Below are positions 5,245 through 9,916 of a DNA stretch of 9,916 bases, in pieces (the stretch's first letter is position 1; each line of letters opens with the position of its first letter). Under the pieces are notes generated by a model. It saw nothing but the letters and a program-made list of their open reading frames with translations. It had not been told where the DNA came from and did not search any database. The DNA comes from Fonticula alba ATCC 38817 (Eukaryota; Protista; Nucleariida). The translations under genes were made by a program, and so were the position numbers. The stretch is from NCBI GenBank assembly GCA_000388065.2, contig KB932212.1. One strand, written 5' to 3'.

Positions 5245-8200
5245 TTAGACGGAGCGCGTGCGCTTGGTCGCGGGAGGGGCCACTTCGCCAGCAGAGGCCG
5301 CTCCAGTCGCGACGCCCGCGACCGGGACACCCTCCGAGCCGGGAGAGCCGGACGCAGCCGGGGCCGGCTCGGCCGAAGAGGTGGCCGAGTCGCCAGACGC
5401 CGAAGGCTTCGGCGGCGGGGTCACCGCCGGGGCAGTGGCGCCAGCAGCCGGAGTCTCAGCCGCCGGGGTCGCCGAGGGGGCACCAGCAGCAGCAGCAGCA
5501 CCAACCCCGGTCGCCGAGTCGGTGGCCTCCTCGAGGGAGCGCTTGTTGAAGTTACGCGGGGCGGCGTCCCAGGCACGACCGGCCTCGGTCTCGTCGAAGG
5601 GCTCCATGCCGGCGAAGGCGCGCTCGCTTTGCAGGGTCTGCGCCCGGTAGACCACGCGGATCTGCGGGACATTGGTGCAGGCCATGTCATTGCCGCGATG
5701 GTCCGGCAGCCAGTACTCGCGGCCAATCCAGTGCATTTTGAGGCACCGCTCGAAGCCGGACTGCAGGACACTGTTGCGGGCCAGCTCGCACAGGTCGGCC
5801 GTAGACAGGCGCAAAATTTGCGCAGCCACGGCGTACTCCTCGATCAGCGGCTCACGCGTGAAGTGGAACTGCAGCGGGTCATCCGTGGACAGGGAAATGT
5901 TCAGCCCGCGCCGGAAGAACGGCATGATGGGGTTCCGGTCGTAGGAAAGGAACAGCGAGTTGTTCGACAGCGGCGACAGGTGGATGCCGATCTGATTGAG
6001 GTAATAGCTGAGGCGCATCGGCGGGNNNNNNNNNNNNNNNNNNNNNNNNNNNNNNNNNNNNNNNNNNNNNNNNNNNNNNNNNNNNNNNNNNNNNNNNNNG
6101 GAGATTGGAGAACGCGGGGGTTAGGCGGGGGCAAGCTCGCGGGACGATGGCGCTGCCTGTCGGCGGCCAAGATCAAGCGCAGGGAGACGAGCGAAAGATG
6201 GGCAAACAGAAAGAAAAAAAAAAGACAGGAGAGGGCGGGACAGTCGGAGGAAGACAGGGGCACCGGGCCGGCCAGCGGGCGGTACACCGGGCCAAAGACG
6301 CACAGGTACTGCAGAGTGGGGACCTTGCGCAGGAGAATCCCATGGGCAATGGACTGCGACAGGAGGAAGGACACGGCCAGGTTGGAGTGGGCCTCCATGC
6401 CGGCCTCGCCGCAGTGCGGCCGCAGGACGAAGGTGTTCATGTCGCGCTCGGCCCGCAGGGCATTGAGCGAGGTCATGTTGACCCAGGTGTAGTACAGGTA
6501 GTAGGAGTACGGCGGGTCGATGGGCTCATTCCACATGGCCGGGGTGATGTTGCGCACGTCGATCATGTGCGCCCGGGAGAGCTTGCTCTCATCGTCGACA
6601 CTGTCGAAGCCAACCACCTGCTGCAGGAAGAGGAAGAGCTTCGGGTGCGAGGAGGGATCCATGGTCACCTCGAAGAGGGGCTGGAAGATGTTGCGAACGA
6701 TGTCATCGAAGGACTCGATGGAGTTGCCCTTGCGGTAGAGCTCATACAGACGCGGGGTCTGAATCAGCCAGCGGACATTCGGCGAGAAGATCCGGTTGTC
6801 AATGACCCAGGCAGCCAGGTTGTCCCACTCGTGGATGGACCGGCCGTAGATGGACACACGGTACTCGGCGAATTGGTACTTGCTGTCCTCCAGATCGTTG
6901 ATCAGCTGCTTGGTCAGCTCGGCAAAGTAGCGGCCCTTCATGTAGTTGTCGGTCTTCATGAAGATCTCCCGCAGGCGGCTCTCGCCCACCGGGTTGTACT
7001 TGGCATTGAACCGGTCAAACCGGTGGAAGGCCTCACTCTGCACGTGCATATCCAGCGTGTCGATGCTCAGGTCGTATGCCGACACCCCGAGGCTCTGGAA
7101 CACCTCGGCCAGGGTGTAATGCCGGCCATCGCGGAAGAGCACCACCTCATCCTTGTGGTAGCGGAGCTTGTTGCGAATGAAGCGCAGCAGGTGCTTCTGG
7201 TTCATGCCGGAGGTCAGGTGCACGTGAGTGTCCACCTTGCGCACATTGTAGAAGTCCCGATGGGGGACCAGCTTGCAGCTGGCCTTCTCCTTGGCGTCAT
7301 TCAGCAGGGTGTGCAGGTTGAAGGAGGCCTCCAGGATGGCCAGCCGCCGGAAGCAGAAGGACTTGACCGGCCCATCGGAGGCCACCTTCAGCACAACGTC
7401 CAGATCGCTGTAGAAGCGCTGGGCATCCGGCAGGTCGGGGATCAAGGGCTCGCCGGTTTCGGTGCGCATCACCCGGAAGATGCCATCCGTGTAGGTGTAG
7501 TGGTACTGGTCGGCCGCGCTGGGGAGCAGCGGCTCATTGAAGGGGTCATAGGGGGGGGTTTGGCCGTTGTTCACCGGGGCCGGGCGCCGGTTCATCGGGT
7601 TCTGCGAGGGGAAGTACTGGAAGGACATGGTCTGGTACTTCTTGCGGAGGCGGTTCAGCCGGCCGAGCTTCTCTCGAATCCGGGGGAGGTCATCGGCGGA
7701 GATGGAGTCTGGAGGTGGACACATGCGGCCCCGAGTGCAGGGGGGGGGGGGGGGGACAGACGGGCAAATGTGCACATAGGTAGACGTGTGTACACATATG
7801 TGTGTGCACGCGCGCGCGTGGGTGTGGGTGTGGGGGTGCGGCGACGGCGGGGAAATGAGTGAACGTTAGACAGCAAGTCGGCGAGCTGGAGGGGGCATAC
7901 ACAGACACCCATATACACGCATGCATGCACAGCGAGCCAGGCACGCACTCTTGACCGGGTCGATGCGGATCTGGTCGAAGGTCGGCTGCCCATGGTGGTT
8001 GATCAGGCCCAGCTTGAAGGCCGCACGCTGGAAGAGGGCCGGCTGCTCGGAGTCCGACCGGCCGAACATGTGGGCCGGGGCCTGCTGGCGGTCCAGGTCC
8101 ACCACCAGCCCGGACGCAGCGGCCGAGGCATATGCGGTGGCCGCCGCGGTGGGGCAGACCGTCGGCGGGGGCGGCCGAGCCGCGCTCGAGGCCAACACCG

Positions 8201-9758
8201 GCGACGCGGCCAGCGGCCCATTGTCCGGCGAGGAGACCGGCACATCAGAACTCAGGACCGGCGAGGAGGCTCCAGCCGCCGGCGAGGAAGCCGGCTCGAC
8301 CGAGCTCCCGCGAGCCGGGTCGTCGGCCTGCGCCGCGTCCTGCTGCTGCTGCTGCTGCTGCTGCAGCTCCTGCAGCTCGCGCTCTTGCTGCTGCTTCAGC
8401 TGCTTCAGCTGCTCCTGGTAGCCACGGAGCTCGCCCTGCATGAGCTCCTGCTGATGCTGCAGGAGAAGCTGCTCCACCTCCTGGCGATGCTGCTGCTTGA
8501 GCTGCTCCTGCTCGCGGCGGTGGAGCTTGAGCTTCTGCTGCTGAAGGAGCTTCTTCCGGCGAGTGGAAGAGAGGGCAATGGTCTTGAGGGAGGCCTGAGG
8601 GATGGGGAGGGGGCGGGAAGGAAAGAGAGAGAGGAAGAGAGAGAGAGAGAGAGGGAGAGAGAGGGAGAGGGAGAGAGAGGGAGAGAGAGAGAGGGGGGGG
8701 GGAGAGAGAGAGAGAGAGAGAGGGAGAGCAGGGAAGGACATCACACAGATGGTCAGTAAAAAAAACAGGCGGACCTCGGAGGAGGAGGGGGGACAGTGGT
8801 CGATGGGCGAGACCATGCATCGGGGAACATACCTGCTCCAGCTTGCGGACCTCCTGGTACCTGTGGGCAGGTGGGTGTGATGGGTGCATGGCCGGAGGCC
8901 GGGGATCGGGCGTTAGAAGACAGCACGCAAAGCCGGGCAAGGGGAGATCGGCCACCCGGGCACGGGCAGCAACCAAACCGGCGAACAGGGGCGGCGAGCA
9001 GGCCCGGGTGGGAAGCCGGCCAAGACGCACTTGAAGTCCGGCTGGAGGGCCATCGAGGAGGAGACCGCCGCCAGGCGGGCATTGGACAGGACGTCCGGGG
9101 TGGGGCTCGAGAGGGAGTTCAGCCGGAGCAGCGGGGCGGTCTCGGCCTGGAACTGCTCGGCATCGTCGTCATCCTCATCGTCGCCATCCTCCTCGCCATC
9201 ATCCAGGCGATCGGTGGGGTCCCCCTCCTCCTCAAGGGCCTCGGCATCGCGGGCCTCCATGTTGACCACATCGGCCAGGGTCACATTCAGGAAGGAGGAC
9301 TTGCCGCGGACCGGGGCCCGGTCGGCATCGTCATCGTCGTCATCCACGCTGCCACCCTCGGCCATGCCGGTGGCCATGGAGCACAGGGCGGCCACCGTGG
9401 CGTCGGAAGTGCCGCCCTCGGAGATCCGACCATCCGGGCCGAACCCGACACCCGACTCGGCGGAGAGGGGGAGGTCGTCGTCGGCGGCCGCGGCCGCGGT
9501 CGACTCGTCCTCCATGCGCACGGTGGCGGCCAGGTGAGCCAGGTTGGCCTTGGCCCAGGCCGGGTCCGACATGTCGGGATAGCCGCCGGTGGTGAGGTCC
9601 AATGACAGGAGCTCCGCCACGTCAGGGTACCCGGGACCGGGGGTGGTCAGGTCCAGGGGGGTGAGGCTGGTCGAGGGAGGGGGGCCCGAGGGGGCGGCGC
9701 CAGCGCCCGGGGGGGGGCTCTGGTCGCGGGCAGGCTGCTTGTCGCCGTTCGCAGACAT
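5245..9758 (-). CDS. AMPD: AMP deaminase (EC 3.5.4.6). Exons: 9758-9031, 8860-8833, 8594-7949, 7708-6304, 6007-5245 (3570 nt, 1189 aa)
   Basis: Family motifs: [15 protein letters not shown] (Zn HxH), [94 protein letters not shown]. Donors GTGCGT (9030, 7948, 6303) and GTATGT (8832); CAG acceptors at 8861, 8595, 7709 and 6008. Splicing keeps one frame and restores the conserved LQYL|YYL junction across the gap-containing intron. TAA at 5247-5245. The start at 9758 is the first in-frame ATG inside the window, but the frame is open upstream. Confidence 0.95.
6026..6099. other. Assembly gap (74 N) entirely inside AMPD intron 4
   Basis: N run between the donor (6303) and acceptor (6008). No conserved coding sequence is missing. 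Confidence 0.95.
8340..8363 (-). repeat. (CAG)8 encoding Gln8 in AMPD exon 3
   Basis: The plus strand reads (CTG)8; translation is [10 protein letters not shown]. Confidence 0.9.
8615..8728. repeat. 114-nt pure purine (GA)n/G tract in AMPD intron 2 (pure pyrimidine in the pre-mRNA)
   Basis: No C or T on the plus strand from 8615 to 8728. Confidence 0.95.
8833..8860 (-). other. 28-nt coding microexon of the AMP deaminase gene ([10 protein letters not shown])
   Basis: Flanked by cccacAG and GTATGT. It is exactly the phase 2 to phase 0 bridge needed between exon 1 and exon 3. Confidence 0.75.
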
Positions 9759-9874
9759 GGGACTCGGGACGGAGGTGGGACGGGGGAAGGGGAAGGGCGA
9801 GGAGGGGAGGGAAGGGGCGGGGCGAAGGGCGCCTGACAAACGGGGTCCCAGCAGGGGGGAGGGGAGGAGGAGCG

Positions 9875-9898
9875 GCAGCAGCAGCAGCAGCAGCAGCA
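9875..9898. repeat. (GCA)8 on plus, (CTG)n on the AMPD sense strand, upstream of the ATG
   Basis: Read directly from the sequence. Confidence 0.9.
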
Positions 9899-9916
9899 AG
9901 AGAAGGAGGCGAGAGG

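Noticed and set aside
6376-6420. Short insertion after HCGEAG ([11 protein letters not shown]) and minor substitutions in AMPD as signs of inactivation
   Set aside because: All metal ligands and the catalytic Glu (HxH, H of PHCGE, E, D of STDD) are intact. This is an ordinary loop variation.
6105-7862. Long plus-strand ORFs (585 aa at 6105-7862, 461 aa at 5107-6492, 305 aa at 1035-1952, 255 aa at 7992-8759) as overlapping antisense genes
   Set aside because: They are codon-register shadows of high-GC3 minus-strand exons, where antisense stops are rare. They have no recognisable motifs and many start at non-ATG codons.
1025-9758. Operon-like or functional cluster linking AMP deaminase (purine catabolism, xanthine oxidase superoxide) with the SOD-like gene
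   Set aside because: These are eukaryotic genes 2.4 kb apart, and the downstream one has its own TATA/Inr. The SOD-like protein is extracellular and probably inactive. Adjacency alone is not evidence.
1-9916. G/C homopolymer runs as specific G-quadruplex regulators; short repeats as CRISPR or transposon termini
   Set aside because: G/C runs occur throughout the non-coding DNA and look like a genome-wide trait. There is no repeat-spacer periodicity, terminal inverted repeat with target duplication, or transposase/RT sequence.

Overview
GC-rich eukaryotic genomic DNA, not prokaryotic. It has spliceosomal GT-AG introns of about 170-300 nt with CTRAC branch-point candidates, G/C homopolymers, microsatellites and two N gaps. 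The fungal-like AMP deaminase, high GC3 and gapped assembly suggest a unicellular opisthokont such as Fonticula; this is inference only. There are two multi-exon genes, both on the minus strand. (1) 5245-9758: a 5-exon AMP deaminase (about 1189 aa) with intact catalytic motifs, an unusually long N-terminal extension (acidic region, 28-nt microexon, 11-residue-periodic Gln/Glu/Leu coiled coil) and a low-complexity C-tail ending in an NLS-like motif. (2) 1025-2816: a 4-exon protein (about 402 aa or more) with a signal peptide, two tandem Cu/Zn-SOD-fold domains, a Pro/Thr stalk and a GPI-anchor signal. Both SOD domains lack the bridging His63 and one further Cu ligand, so this looks like a cell-surface pseudo-SOD, the most interesting object here. 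Secondary points are intron architecture with distant branch points and long AG-free zones, a canonical TATA/Inr pair, and several palindromes in the 2.4 kb intergenic region. No mobile element, CRISPR array or recognisable RNA gene was found.
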